DNA from: a virus
Taxonomy: Duplodnaviria; Caudoviricetes
Length of the DNA stretch: 54,107 bases
Virus record (IMG/VR): IMGVR_UViG_3300046373_000246
Location: 1-54,107 of that record
Reading direction: 5' to 3' (one strand)
A program made the position numbers and the translations under genes. A model generated the notes under the pieces. It was not told the origin of the DNA. It saw only the letters and a program-made list of their open reading frames with translations, and did not search any database. Position 1 is the first letter of the stretch; each line of letters opens with the position of its first letter. This document shows positions 8,902-17,572 of the stretch, piece by piece.

Positions 8902-9636
8902 ATGTCGCCCATTACGAAAAAATTTGAAATGACGCTCGACGAGTCGATTCAAAAATTTCCTTGCAAAAAGTGCTGCCTTGAGTCAAACCACAAGGTGGTG
9001 GCGACTTACACTGAAAGAGGTTCTGAGGATTGCGGCGGCGGTAATACGTTTGATTGGACTTCTGCCAATCAGATAATCCAGTGCTTGGGGTGCGAAGAAA
9101 TCTCGTTCAGAGTTGAGTCGTCAAACTCTGAAGATTGGGATCATGATGAAGATGGTAATACCTATTGGATCTCGGCGATTACCTATTACCCTGGTCGCGT
9201 CGTGGGTTCCAAGATAATAGATCACACCTCCCTGCCATTAGACATCGGGGAGATCTATCAAGAGGCGCGGAGCGCGCTAGATAGCGACCTCCTGATCATT
9301 AGCGGCATCGGTATAAGAGCCATACTGGACACCATCTGCTCTGATGTGAAAGCCAAAGGTCGAAACCTCGAACAAAAGATCGACGATCTACATGAGCGAT
9401 CTTTAGTGACTAAAGAAGGTGTTCAAACACTTCACCAGATTCGTGTATTGGGGAATAACGCTGCGCATCGAGGAACGGCTCACTCAAAAAGCCAGCTGCT
9501 GTTAGCGCTTGAGGTCATCGAACACATACTGATCGGTACATACATAATTCCGTATCGCGCAAAAAAGGTGTTCAAGCATATTGAGCCTAAAAAAATTGCC
9601 GCTCCAGTCGCACCGGATAGCGAACCAGCCGCGTAA
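8902..9636 (+). CDS. Moron: zinc-ribbon plus DUF4145 (HEPN-like) protein
   Basis: CKKC/CLGC; C-terminal IRAILD...LEQKIDDL...IRVLGNNAAH; AT-rich, opposite strand. Confidence 0.75.
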   Translation: MSPITKKFEMTLDESIQKFPCKKCCLESNHKVVATYTERGSEDCGGGNTFDWTSANQIIQCLGCEEISFRVESSNSEDWDHDEDGNTYWISAITYYPGRVVGSKIIDHTSLPLDIGEIYQEARSALDSDLLIISGIGIRAILDTICSDVKAKGRNLEQKIDDLHERSLVTKEGVQTLHQIRVLGNNAAHRGTAHSKSQLLLALEVIEHILIGTYIIPYRAKKVFKHIEPKKIAAPVAPDSEPAA

Positions 9637-9639
9637 CAA

Positions 9640-10023
9640 TCACTCCGGGATGGCGACATCGTCGTCAGGCTCAGGCGGATCGTCGGCAAGCGATTTAATG
9701 CCAGCCGCCCGAATGATGCACGACACCTTTTCAGTAACAACAAAAGGTGTCGTGACACACTTGAGCATCTTGGCCTGCGTTTCGAAGTCGGCGGCGATCA
9801 GGTTGCGCAGCAGGTTCTGATACACCTCCTGCTGGTTGTTGAAGCCGTGGGCGGCCATCACCCGCTTGAGGTCGGGCTTGAACACGCCGGCGACCTCAAC
9901 CGTAAATTTCTCGACGCCCAATGCAGCATCCTTCGCTGCAGCCTTCTCGCGCTTTTTCTTCTGCTTGATGGCTTCCTTCGTTGGCTGCGGTTCTTCCACC
10001 GTCAGTTCCTGCTCTTCGGCCAT
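9640..10023 (-). CDS. Hypothetical phage protein
   Basis: ORF with GAGG SD and basic N-terminal helix. Confidence 0.7.
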   Translation of the reverse strand: MAEEQELTVEEPQPTKEAIKQKKKREKAAAKDAALGVEKFTVEVAGVFKPDLKRVMAAHGFNNQQEVYQNLLRNLIAADFETQAKMLKCVTTPFVVTEKVSCIIRAAGIKSLADDPPEPDDDVAIPE

Positions 10024-10104
10024 GGCCTACCTCTTCAATTCCGCTGGCCGGCAAGTCCGGCCAGGTCTGTCGGCGGCGGGTGGCCGCCCGGTTGATGGTG
10101 CGTT

Positions 10105-10566
10105 TCACGCTGCGACCTTTACCTGATGCCAGGCGCCGACCGATGCCAGCAGCGCAGATAACTGTGCTTCGGGCACCGGCGTGTCACCGGGCACGGCCAG
10201 CCACCCCATGCCGACGCGGTGATTGGGGTTGCAGTCGGCCTTCACCTCTTCGTAGAAATGCTCCAGAACATCCGAGAGCCGTTCGACCAGGTGCACGCCG
10301 TCGGGCTTGATATCGATCGACTTGATGTACTGGGCGCCGTCTTGACGAACGCAGATACCTGCGATGTAGATCGTCCAGCGGTGCGCGACATCGCAGAGCG
10401 CGTCGGAAACTGCTCTCGACAGGATCTGCTTGCCGTTCTTCCAGTTGATCATGACCTGAAGGCCGCTTGGATCGATGTTGATCACGGCTGCGTGATGGGT
10501 GTTGACCAGGGCGCGCATGCTGCGCTCGATCTGTACCCGACGATTGCATGGTTTGCGCTTGCTCAT
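10105..10566 (-). CDS. Hypothetical phage protein
   Basis: MSKRKPCNRR..., ATGA-coupled. Confidence 0.7.
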   Translation of the reverse strand: MSKRKPCNRRVQIERSMRALVNTHHAAVINIDPSGLQVMINWKNGKQILSRAVSDALCDVAHRWTIYIAGICVRQDGAQYIKSIDIKPDGVHLVERLSDVLEHFYEEVKADCNPNHRVGMGWLAVPGDTPVPEAQLSALLASVGAWHQVKVAA

Positions 10567-10805
10567 ATCGAGTCCGCCATTTTGCGCAGCGCTTTGCGGT
10601 CTGCAGCCGATATCGGCTTCGGGCGCCGCTTGAGTACCGTTTCAGGGTCTATTCGAGTCGAGCGGGGCGGTGGCAGCGGATTGCGCGGCGGACTTTTCAG
10701 TTGGTCGATCCGCCCGCCGGCGGCCAGGTACTGGGCGACTCGTTCAGAGATAGCCTCAGCGTCCGGCCGGTGCTGCTCCACCAGGTTGAGGTGGTTGCTG
10801 ATCAT
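10563..10805 (-). CDS. Hypothetical phage protein
   Basis: MISNHLNL...YLAAGGRI; ATGA overlap with the exonuclease. Confidence 0.65.
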   Translation of the reverse strand: MISNHLNLVEQHRPDAEAISERVAQYLAAGGRIDQLKSPPRNPLPPPRSTRIDPETVLKRRPKPISAADRKALRKMADSI

Positions 10806-11569
10806 GCTGCCTTGCTCCGCAGTTTCGTCTCGTATCCGTCCACCAGCAGCTTGAACTGCCAGAGGTCTTCTTCGAGCTGTTCGATGTAGTCGTCGTCGCG
10901 CTTGAACTCTTGCAGCCACAGCTGGCGGCCGACTGGCTTGAGAAGAGGGCAGTACATCCCGATGTGCCACCATTTGCGGCCAGTGATCCACATGCAGCCC
11001 TGCACCTGGTCGATGACATCGCTGGCATCGTTGTCGATGTGGAAGGCCCGGAGCTTTTCTGGAGAGAGGAAGCACTTGTACTCGCTGCCACCATCCTCAC
11101 CGATGAACCCATCCGCGCTGGCGCCAAACGCACCGTCATCCGTTTTCACCAGCCCGACCTGGGTAACGATCAGGCCTGTCTGGATTTCGTGTTCCATCCG
11201 TGCTTCGGGTTCGAGTTCGTGGCCACGGCGCATCTGCCACGTTTCGAAGCCGCCATCCAGCGGCGCGCCACCTATCCGTTCAACGGCCAGTTCGAAGGCG
11301 TAGGTGAGTGCGGCGTTCGATGGCTCCCCGACCTTCTCGCCATCCAGAGCGCGCTGGACAACTTCTGCCTTCGGCCCGGCCTTATAGCCGGCGAGGTCGC
11401 GGGCTTTGCTTTCGCTGTGGCCGGCCAGAATTGCTTCGACATACGTCCGCTGCTGGGCGGTGAGGCCGTTCACCTTGGAACGGGCGGTGCTGAACATGCT
11501 GGCGGTGATGACTCCGGCGCGGCCTTGCAGCCATTCAGCGGAGCCCTGCGTGCAGTTTAGGACGATCAT
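10802..11569 (-). CDS. YqaJ/lambda-type exonuclease
   Basis: QGSAEWLQGRAGVITAS, RGHELEPEAR, GASADG, EYKC. Confidence 0.9.
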   Translation of the reverse strand: MIVLNCTQGSAEWLQGRAGVITASMFSTARSKVNGLTAQQRTYVEAILAGHSESKARDLAGYKAGPKAEVVQRALDGEKVGEPSNAALTYAFELAVERIGGAPLDGGFETWQMRRGHELEPEARMEHEIQTGLIVTQVGLVKTDDGAFGASADGFIGEDGGSEYKCFLSPEKLRAFHIDNDASDVIDQVQGCMWITGRKWWHIGMYCPLLKPVGRQLWLQEFKRDDDYIEQLEEDLWQFKLLVDGYETKLRSKAA

Positions 11570-12324
11570 TGAGGCGCCTCCAGTTTGGCTTTATGGACGG
11601 TGACGGCGGTCTTCACGGTGGAATACCCGTTGGTGTCGCCTGACGCTTGCAGAACTTTCAGGCTCGCCTGCCAGACGTCTTTCAGTTCTTCCGGCGTTGT
11701 GGTTTGCCCGACACGCTCAAGGATGTCGGCGACGACCTGGGCGCGCATGTCGTCCGTATCTGAGCCATCGGCTGATTGCCCGTCATCGTCGCGGGCTTCG
11801 CCGGTGGTGATGTTGAGCAGCGCGCACATCACGTAGCGCTTGCCGTACGTGGTGGACGAGCCGACCGCCTGAACTTCGTTTCGTCCCTTGCCGATATCGA
11901 CCGGCAAAGTCATGGTGGTTTGTTCGCGGTGGCCACCGCGGTGCATGAGGATGCCGGTGACCTTGATCACCTTGTCCTCGGTTTCAACCTTGAAGGTGAT
12001 GGCGAAGCCGTGCTCCTGCATGATCGGCTTCAATGTGTGCGTGATGTGATCGAGCGTGGCGTAAGAGTTGCCAGTGTGCAGATTCACCGCACCCTCGAAC
12101 ACGGTCGGGATGTTGCACTGCATCTCGGCCATGGCCGCGTTGAATTCCTGCTCGGCGGTCTTGGCCTGCATGCGCTCATGCATGGCGAGCAGGCGCTCCA
12201 TCTTTTCGATATCGCAGGTCGGATCGGCGGCGGCGCGGCTGATGACCGCCATGATGCTGTTGTCCGTCGAGATCGGCACGACGGCTTGCCGGCGCTGCTC
12301 CGGCATGATGATTTCAGTGGACAT
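11566..12324 (-). CDS. erf: ERF-family ssDNA annealing recombinase
   Basis: YATLD...QAVGSSTTYGKRY...DDDG. Confidence 0.88.
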   Translation of the reverse strand: MSTEIIMPEQRRQAVVPISTDNSIMAVISRAAADPTCDIEKMERLLAMHERMQAKTAEQEFNAAMAEMQCNIPTVFEGAVNLHTGNSYATLDHITHTLKPIMQEHGFAITFKVETEDKVIKVTGILMHRGGHREQTTMTLPVDIGKGRNEVQAVGSSTTYGKRYVMCALLNITTGEARDDDGQSADGSDTDDMRAQVVADILERVGQTTTPEELKDVWQASLKVLQASGDTNGYSTVKTAVTVHKAKLEAPQ

Positions 12325-12334
12325 GGCAGCCTCC

Positions 12335-13438
12335 TCAGAAATGAATGGTGATGTTCGGGATTTCCCGGCGCGCGATTTTCAGAACTATGGCCTTGGCCAG
12401 CTCTTCGGTGATGTTCATCGACATCAGAGCTTCTTTCGCTGCGCCCATGATCTTGACCTTGTGGGCCTGATCGGCTTCGCGCTCTCGCTGCTGGCGCAGG
12501 ATCTCGTCGGCCGCTGCCTGTTGCCGGGCGATCTCATCCAGTCGGGCTTGCTCTACGGCCTTTTTTTCCCGCTCTAAGGCTGCCAGCCTGTCGTGCTCAG
12601 CCTTCTGCTCAGCTTCAATCTTTTCGCGCTTTGCCTGCTCGGCCAGGCGTTCGAGCTCGGCGGCCTGCAGCTTCAGGTCGTTTTCGCGCTTCACGGCAGC
12701 CTCCTGCTGGTCACGGACGCGCTGAGCTTCAGCGTCACGCTCACGCTGGGCCTTTTCTTCAGCTTCCCGAGTTGCTTTCTCGGCAGCTTCCCGGGCGATC
12801 TGGTCATCACGGTCTTTCTTTTCGCGAGCCTCTTTCTCTTCGCGAAGGCGGACCAGTTCGGTCTGCTCGGCTTCGTACCTCGTCCGCTCGGTGTGCAGGG
12901 TGCGCAGCTTGATCAACGTCTGGTCTTTCGCCTGGGCGGCATCGGCCAAGAACTCTTCCCAGCTTTCGCCGATTTCGAGCAGCTCCAGGTCGGCGATGAT
13001 GTTGGCCAAGTGGCCGGACGCTGGCGTCTCCTCGAAGATGGCGAGATCCTTGATGCGCTGGATGGCGTCGACGTGCGCATCCGTCCGGGCCAGCTCTTTC
13101 TGTTCCCAGTCTGTCAGCGGCTGGCGAGTGGCATCGCGCAGCGCGTCCATCTTGTTGACGAAGTCGCGCAGCTCGGCCTCCACCACCTTCGGCATTTCCT
13201 TCAGGCGCTTCAGGTAGTCTCGACCGGGCTTTTCGACGGCGGTCTTCGACTTGCTGACCTTGGCGGCCAAGGAGGCGATGCGCTCGCGACCCTTGCGAGT
13301 CGTCAGATCTGGCACTTCGGCGGTGACTTCCGCCTGCACAGCCTCGAAGAACTGGCCAAGGCCACCGGCAACGTAGATGGCTGGCGCATTCTCGGCGCTG
13401 ATGTCGTCGATCTTGATCATTTGCTGTTGTGCGGACAT
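12335..13438 (-). CDS. Coiled-coil phage protein
   Basis: PDLTTRKGRERIASLAAKVSKSK, long E/A/R-rich helix, IPNITIHF end. Confidence 0.8.
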   Translation of the reverse strand: MSAQQQMIKIDDISAENAPAIYVAGGLGQFFEAVQAEVTAEVPDLTTRKGRERIASLAAKVSKSKTAVEKPGRDYLKRLKEMPKVVEAELRDFVNKMDALRDATRQPLTDWEQKELARTDAHVDAIQRIKDLAIFEETPASGHLANIIADLELLEIGESWEEFLADAAQAKDQTLIKLRTLHTERTRYEAEQTELVRLREEKEAREKKDRDDQIAREAAEKATREAEEKAQRERDAEAQRVRDQQEAAVKRENDLKLQAAELERLAEQAKREKIEAEQKAEHDRLAALEREKKAVEQARLDEIARQQAAADEILRQQREREADQAHKVKIMGAAKEALMSMNITEELAKAIVLKIARREIPNITIHF

Positions 13439-13481
13439 GGGGAATCCTTGCCGCGCCCAGCGCAGCGATTGAATGCTTGGT

Positions 13482-13598
13482 TTATTGAGTGATGCGATCG
13501 GCGAGGGCGCTGAGCAGCATCAGGAAAGTGAAAAAGCCGAGGGCAGAGAACGATCCGCGGCGGATCAGTACGCGGCGCGCCCATTGCCGACCGGTCAC
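13482..13598 (-). CDS. Small membrane peptide (38 aa)
   Basis: Translated by hand: MTGRQWARRVLIRRGSFSALGFFTFLMLLSALADRITQ; GTGA overlap. Confidence 0.5.
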   Translation of the reverse strand: MTGRQWARRVLIRRGSFSALGFFTFLMLLSALADRITQ

Positions 13599-13720
13599 CG
13601 GAACACCCGGTAGGTGATCGAGTGCGGTACTTGGCAGACGGCAGAGGAATCGCGCACCACGGTGTATGTGGCCATCACGGCGACAAGCGCAGTGGCCAGG
13701 GTCCAGTAGGCGAGCTTCAT
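13595..13720 (-). CDS. Small membrane peptide (41 aa)
   Basis: Translated by hand: MKLAYWTLATALVAVMATYTVVR...; ATGA overlap. Confidence 0.5.
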   Translation of the reverse strand: MKLAYWTLATALVAVMATYTVVRDSSAVCQVPHSITYRVFR

Positions 13721-13911
13721 GGCCGAACCCTCACCGCAATTCGCCCGCCCTTCATGGTTGGTGCCAGGCGCTGTGGGAGGCTGGCGACCAGCTCCTCGCG
13801 GCCCCGGCCGATCACCTCGTTGAACGGCAGGCCGAAGCCGAGCAGGGCGAGCTTTCGCTCGATGTCGTCGACCTGTTCGTTGATCAGCGATTTAACCGGT
13901 GCCGTACTCAT
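13717..13911 (-). CDS. Hypothetical phage protein
   Basis: MSTAPVKSLINEQ; AGGAGG SD; coupled to neighbours. Confidence 0.65.
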   Translation of the reverse strand: MSTAPVKSLINEQVDDIERKLALLGFGLPFNEVIGRGREELVASLPQRLAPTMKGGRIAVRVRP

Positions 13912-14108
13912 GCGTCCTCCTTGCGCCGCTGACAGGTGTCACGCAGGCGTTTGCAGTAGTGGTTGAACTCGTCGGTGGTGATCGCGCCGTCGGTGAAGAG
14001 GCGGGTGATCAGCCCCTGTACCAGCAGGCTGATGTCTTCTTCGCCGGCGGGCGCCGACACACCATCAAGGGCTTGGTCGATCAGGATGTGTGGGCTCAAA
14101 ATCCGCAC
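13908..14108 (-). CDS. Hypothetical phage protein (start uncertain)
   Basis: SPHILIDQAL...GAITTDEF. Confidence 0.6.
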   Translation of the reverse strand: MRILSPHILIDQALDGVSAPAGEEDISLLVQGLITRLFTDGAITTDEFNHYCKRLRDTCQRRKEDA

Positions 14109-14500
14109 TCCCGCTCTACGCGATCGCTTTCGCGCTTGGCGTCTCGGTATTCGTTGGCGTGAACCGCGACCAGGTTGTTGGCGAGCGACCGAATGATCTG
14201 CGGATCACCGCCAACGGCTTCGATGGCCCACTTGTGCAGTACACCGCCATCCCCGCGACAGATCAGTTCGATCAGGATTTTCTCGATGTACCGATCGGGA
14301 TCAGGGTTCGCAGCCATGTGATCCGCCAGCGCCTCCGGTAAATGGTCAGCGTTGACCAGGACCTTGCTGCGACCTACCGGATTTGGCGCCTCGACGTGGC
14401 GTCGATAAAGCAGATCGTCGACCGACTCGGTCAGCCATTCCTGACCTGCCTCCGTGTCGAGAAAGTCGTCTTCCGGGATGTGCTTGCGCAAAGCTGACAT
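14096..14500 (-). CDS. Hypothetical phage protein
   Basis: MSALRKHIPEDD with GGAGG SD. Confidence 0.65.
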   Translation of the reverse strand: MSALRKHIPEDDFLDTEAGQEWLTESVDDLLYRRHVEAPNPVGRSKVLVNADHLPEALADHMAANPDPDRYIEKILIELICRGDGGVLHKWAIEAVGGDPQIIRSLANNLVAVHANEYRDAKRESDRVERECGF

Positions 14501-15440
14501 GGGCGCCTCCAGAGTGGCGGGGTGTTGATCCAACAAAACTCGGATGCACTCGTTCGCTCCGCTGGTTGCCGTTGGGCGCGGAGGGGAGTGCATTCGGGTG
14601 GGGCCGGGGGAGGGTGGCCCGGTCTCGCTGCTGGCGACAGACCGGGTTTGCAGCGTCAAGTTGTCCTGGTGCTATGGGGTGGCCTACCGAAATCGGCCGA
14701 TGCGCGGTGACATCGACGGCCTACTGTCCGCTGCCTGTATGAGTGATGGGCGCCGGCCTTCAGGCTTGCCGCGCCGCGCGAGGTCGATCAAGTCATCTAT
14801 TTCATGATGGTCACCCTCCTATTGCTTGCTCACTGGGCAGGCAGCGGCTACCTATTCGAAGCTGCATTGGAATGTCGGTCCTGCCCAAGATGCCTAACTA
14901 CGTCCGCCCGTTCGCATACAAACAGTTGGCTTGGATCAGCTTTTTTCATGGAGCGCCGACATTCCGATGCAGCCTCTTTCGAGGTGATCGGGGAAGTCTC
15001 CAACTTCCTGACGGGGACTCTGATTATTTAGATTGCCGTAGGCCCGTGAAGCGGCAATTTCGGCCTGGCTTGCGCCATGTTCTTTGTAGAGTTTTCAGCA
15101 GCAGTTTTCGCAATGACAACTGACGTTCTACCGCTCCGGGGTACAATCCCCGCTTGAGTCATCCAACAATTTGGACTCTTACCTTTTTTGTTGACCCGGT
15201 TATGGATGCGCAATCTGTCCGGGTGATGCAGGTGGGCGGTTATAGGCCGCAGTTTCGTCCGCATCGGGGTGTGATCTGGCCGGTGCTGATCTCCGGCTTG
15301 ACGGCCTAACTCATCTAGGACTCAGTAGCTCGTCAACGAGTCTCGGTTTGCGCATCAGCCTGCACACGCAGATCAAACCCCGATGCGCTCTCATAGAGAG
15401 GATCGGGCAGTTAACGACAGGCTGTCGTGGCTTTGGTTGA

Positions 15441-15620
15441 TCAGCAGTCGTATGGAGGTTTTTCGCCAATGCGTTTCAGCTTTTCTTGCTGGAATGCTTC
15501 TGCGATATCGAAGGCTTTGCTTGGGATGATATCTGGCGGCACGGCGCCGGCCGAGAGAAGGCCGATCATTGCCGCAAGTGCATAGCTTTCGACTTCTTCA
15601 TGTTCATTGCGAGTCATCAT
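15441..15620 (-). CDS. Small hypothetical protein (59 aa)
   Basis: Translated by hand: MMTRNEHEEVESYALAAMIGLLS...PYDC; GGAG SD. Confidence 0.6.
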   Translation of the reverse strand: MMTRNEHEEVESYALAAMIGLLSAGAVPPDIIPSKAFDIAEAFQQEKLKRIGEKPPYDC

Positions 15621-15677
15621 GGTTCTCCAGTTGATTTCCCGTCTGGCCCTGTCGCCAAAGCCAGCCAGTGAAATCGC

Positions 15678-16226
15678 TCAGTACGGCTTTTCAACCTTGC
15701 CTTGGTCTTGCAGACTTTTGATTTTGAAAAGGTCGTTCAGCATGTGGTCCATTTGATTGGCAAGCTGATTGCGCAAGCCGTCTTTCAGGGCGCCGGTTAC
15801 GTTCGCCACGCTTTGCTGCATTTGCTTGCTGAAATCTTCGGCGCAGATCTTGGTCATGAGCCACTGAGCCCGGGTGACTGAGTTGTAATCGCTAGATGCA
15901 GGCTTGCCATCCCCGGGGTTTACCTTGCCGTTCCAGTAAGCGGTGACAGTTTTTTCCAGCTCCTTGCGGAGCGTGGTGGATGGCCCTTCCTGATCACCCC
16001 ACTGATTCACCCGACGATATTCACGCTCGAACGAACCGTTGACGGTTTCGTCGATCGCCTTCTGGATCTGCGAGGACACGCGCTCGTCGAAGATCTTGTC
16101 GATACGCTTCTTCACTTCTTTCGCGACCATCTCGGAGAGGTCTTCATCCTCTCGCAGCAACTGGTCGGCGACATTCGCCACAATGGATTTTTTCAGTTCG
16201 GCTTCGTTGATGTTGAGCATGGTCAT
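15678..16226 (-). CDS. Hypothetical phage protein
   Basis: 182-aa ORF with GAGG SD; first substantial gene of the pL transcript. Confidence 0.75.
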   Translation of the reverse strand: MTMLNINEAELKKSIVANVADQLLREDEDLSEMVAKEVKKRIDKIFDERVSSQIQKAIDETVNGSFEREYRRVNQWGDQEGPSTTLRKELEKTVTAYWNGKVNPGDGKPASSDYNSVTRAQWLMTKICAEDFSKQMQQSVANVTGALKDGLRNQLANQMDHMLNDLFKIKSLQDQGKVEKPY

Positions 16227-16617
16227 TGCCTCGGTTGTTTTCCCAATGCACCCGTCACCAGGTGCATCAGTGAAACTTTCCGCCGTGACCCGCTACTGGC
16301 GGCCGTCATCGGCTTGAATCATCTGGCTGTCGGTACGGGATTACTCGCCATCCCGGGAGGCGCATTTAAGTCATTGCTTCGCACTTTGCCGGTAAAGCGC
16401 CTCATCTTGGCTCCGGCAGGGAGTGCCCACAGCGCAGATCGGTGGCTGCTGAATCCAGAGGCATCAGCAGGTCGACCTGGTCCGGTAACCAGAGCCGGGC
16501 GTGGTTCAGTTCCAGAGCTGACATGGGGATCGAAATTTATGGTTCGCGTTGTTCGCCGTTTCCAGCGATGCCTCAAGGGCTTCCCGTTTCCGGGGATCGA
16601 TCCGCGAATGGTTTGGG

Positions 16618-16630
16618 TTGTTAAAGAGCG
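16618..16630 (-). promoter_or_regulatory. boxA antitermination element (nutL-like)
   Basis: Minus strand reads CGCTCTTTAACAA, the consensus boxA, just downstream of the oL operators. Confidence 0.75.
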
Positions 16631-16656
16631 GCGGGTCTCTTGAGGCCCTGTCCAAG

Positions 16657-16714
16657 TGCAAGTGGACTTGCATTTATAAAAGCATGCTGGTGCTTTGAAT
16701 GCAAGCAAACTTGT
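16657..16714. promoter_or_regulatory. oL operators (CAAG-N4-CTTG)
   Basis: CAAGTGGACTTG 16659-16670, degenerate AAAGCATGCTGG 16679-16690, CAAGCAAACTTG 16702-16713; same consensus as between cI and cro. Confidence 0.75.
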
Positions 16715-16728
16715 ATTTATTTTTAATA

Positions 16729-16744
16729 CTGTATGCGCATCCAG
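16729..16744. promoter_or_regulatory. LexA (SOS) box
   Basis: CTGTATGCGCATCCAG fits CTG-N10-CAG with TA flanks, directly upstream of the DUF1654 gene. Confidence 0.75.
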
Positions 16745-16760
16745 TAGTCAGGAGTTGGGT

Positions 16761-17084
16761 ATGAGTAGCCAAGAAAAGAGCCGGTCGCAGAAGGATCGCC
16801 AAGTGTTAACCGGCCTGGAGCGGCTATCGCTCAGGGTGTCGTCGATGATCAACCACCCGGTCGCGCAGATTCAGCGATGGGTGACGATCCATCGGCTGGA
16901 CACGGATGGAGAAAGGGAGTGGGAGGAGGTAATGGGATTGTTGTCCGAGACGGAGTGCCTCGACATGACGTTCAACGATGACAACTCAGTAACGCTTAGG
17001 TGGGACCCTCAAGGCGAGGAGGAGCGAGTAGCTGAGGTGGAAAATTTGTTTGAGGCGGCGATGGAGCAGACGGCTCCTTTTTGA
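16761..17084 (+). CDS. DUF1654-family protein
   Basis: ERLSLRVSSMINHPVAQ...WEEVMGLLSET...DDNSVTLRW; AGGAG SD. Confidence 0.7.
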   Translation: MSSQEKSRSQKDRQVLTGLERLSLRVSSMINHPVAQIQRWVTIHRLDTDGEREWEEVMGLLSETECLDMTFNDDNSVTLRWDPQGEEERVAEVENLFEAAMEQTAPF

Positions 17085-17091
17085 TAGATAC

Positions 17092-17124
17092 AAAAAAGCC
17101 CGCTTGTGCGCGGGCTTTTTCTTT
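17092..17124. terminator. Bidirectional intrinsic terminator
   Basis: AAAAAAGCCCGC...GCGGGCTTTTT between convergent genes. Confidence 0.85.
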
Positions 17125-17134
17125 AGCGTGCTCA

Positions 17135-17572
17135 CTAAATAATTTGCATTCCCTCTGGTGCTGGCGATATCTGCATGCCATTGCATTCCAGTTCTACTCC
17201 GTCAGCGATGACGGAAATTTTTATTTTGCCTGGCTCTTGAATATGCAAGGGCGAAATCACGAACATAGCCTGCGCGGAGAGCCCTTTGGCATCATCGATT
17301 TGATTCGCAGCCTGCTCGTGCATTTGTTCCAGCTGTTCCTTCTCTAAGGCAACGTCAAATAGGACGATTTCACCTATGGTGCCTTTGAATTGGAGAGATT
17401 CGAACGGATGCTCGTGCGTTGTATTTGCAGTTACCGAAACACACAATTTGGGCAGTACAGCGGGGAACGTGGGAATGTACATGAGGTTGCCCATGATCCC
17501 AATGTATGAGCTTTTGTTATTGACCTCATACCGAATGTCATCGCAGAAAATAGAGTAGGCAAACCGGTTCAT
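17135..17572 (-). CDS. DUF6941-like beta-rich protein, third gene of a TA operon
   Basis: FCDDIRYEVNNKSSYIGI motif; ATGA overlap with the antitoxin. Confidence 0.6.
   Translation of the reverse strand: MNRFAYSIFCDDIRYEVNNKSSYIGIMGNLMYIPTFPAVLPKLCVSVTANTTHEHPFESLQFKGTIGEIVLFDVALEKEQLEQMHEQAANQIDDAKGLSAQAMFVISPLHIQEPGKIKISVIADGVELECNGMQISPAPEGMQII

Noticed and set aside
6982-9636. Complete restriction-modification system
   Set aside because: No recognisable endonuclease; the MTases sit in the phage early operon and the flanking morons are on the opposite strand
9896-10108. Arg-rich 70-aa ORF (MKRTINRAATRRRQ)
   Set aside because: ATGA-coupled start is plausible, but more than half overlaps the next gene and reads like a shadow frame; not supportable as annotated
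12335-13438. TolA-like host envelope protein
   Set aside because: Resemblance is only low-complexity E/A/K/R coiled coil; no TM anchor; lies in the recombination module
14828-14852. GCTCACTGGGCAGGCAGCGGCTA loosely resembles a type I-F CRISPR repeat (possible RNA anti-CRISPR)
   Set aside because: Lacks the CTGCC/GGCAG stem and the AAGAAA end; similarity too weak. No CRISPR array was seen in the window.
16319-16708. 129-aa ORF as a possible N antiterminator
   Set aside because: Starts within the operators, spans boxA, has no SD and has a non-coding-like composition
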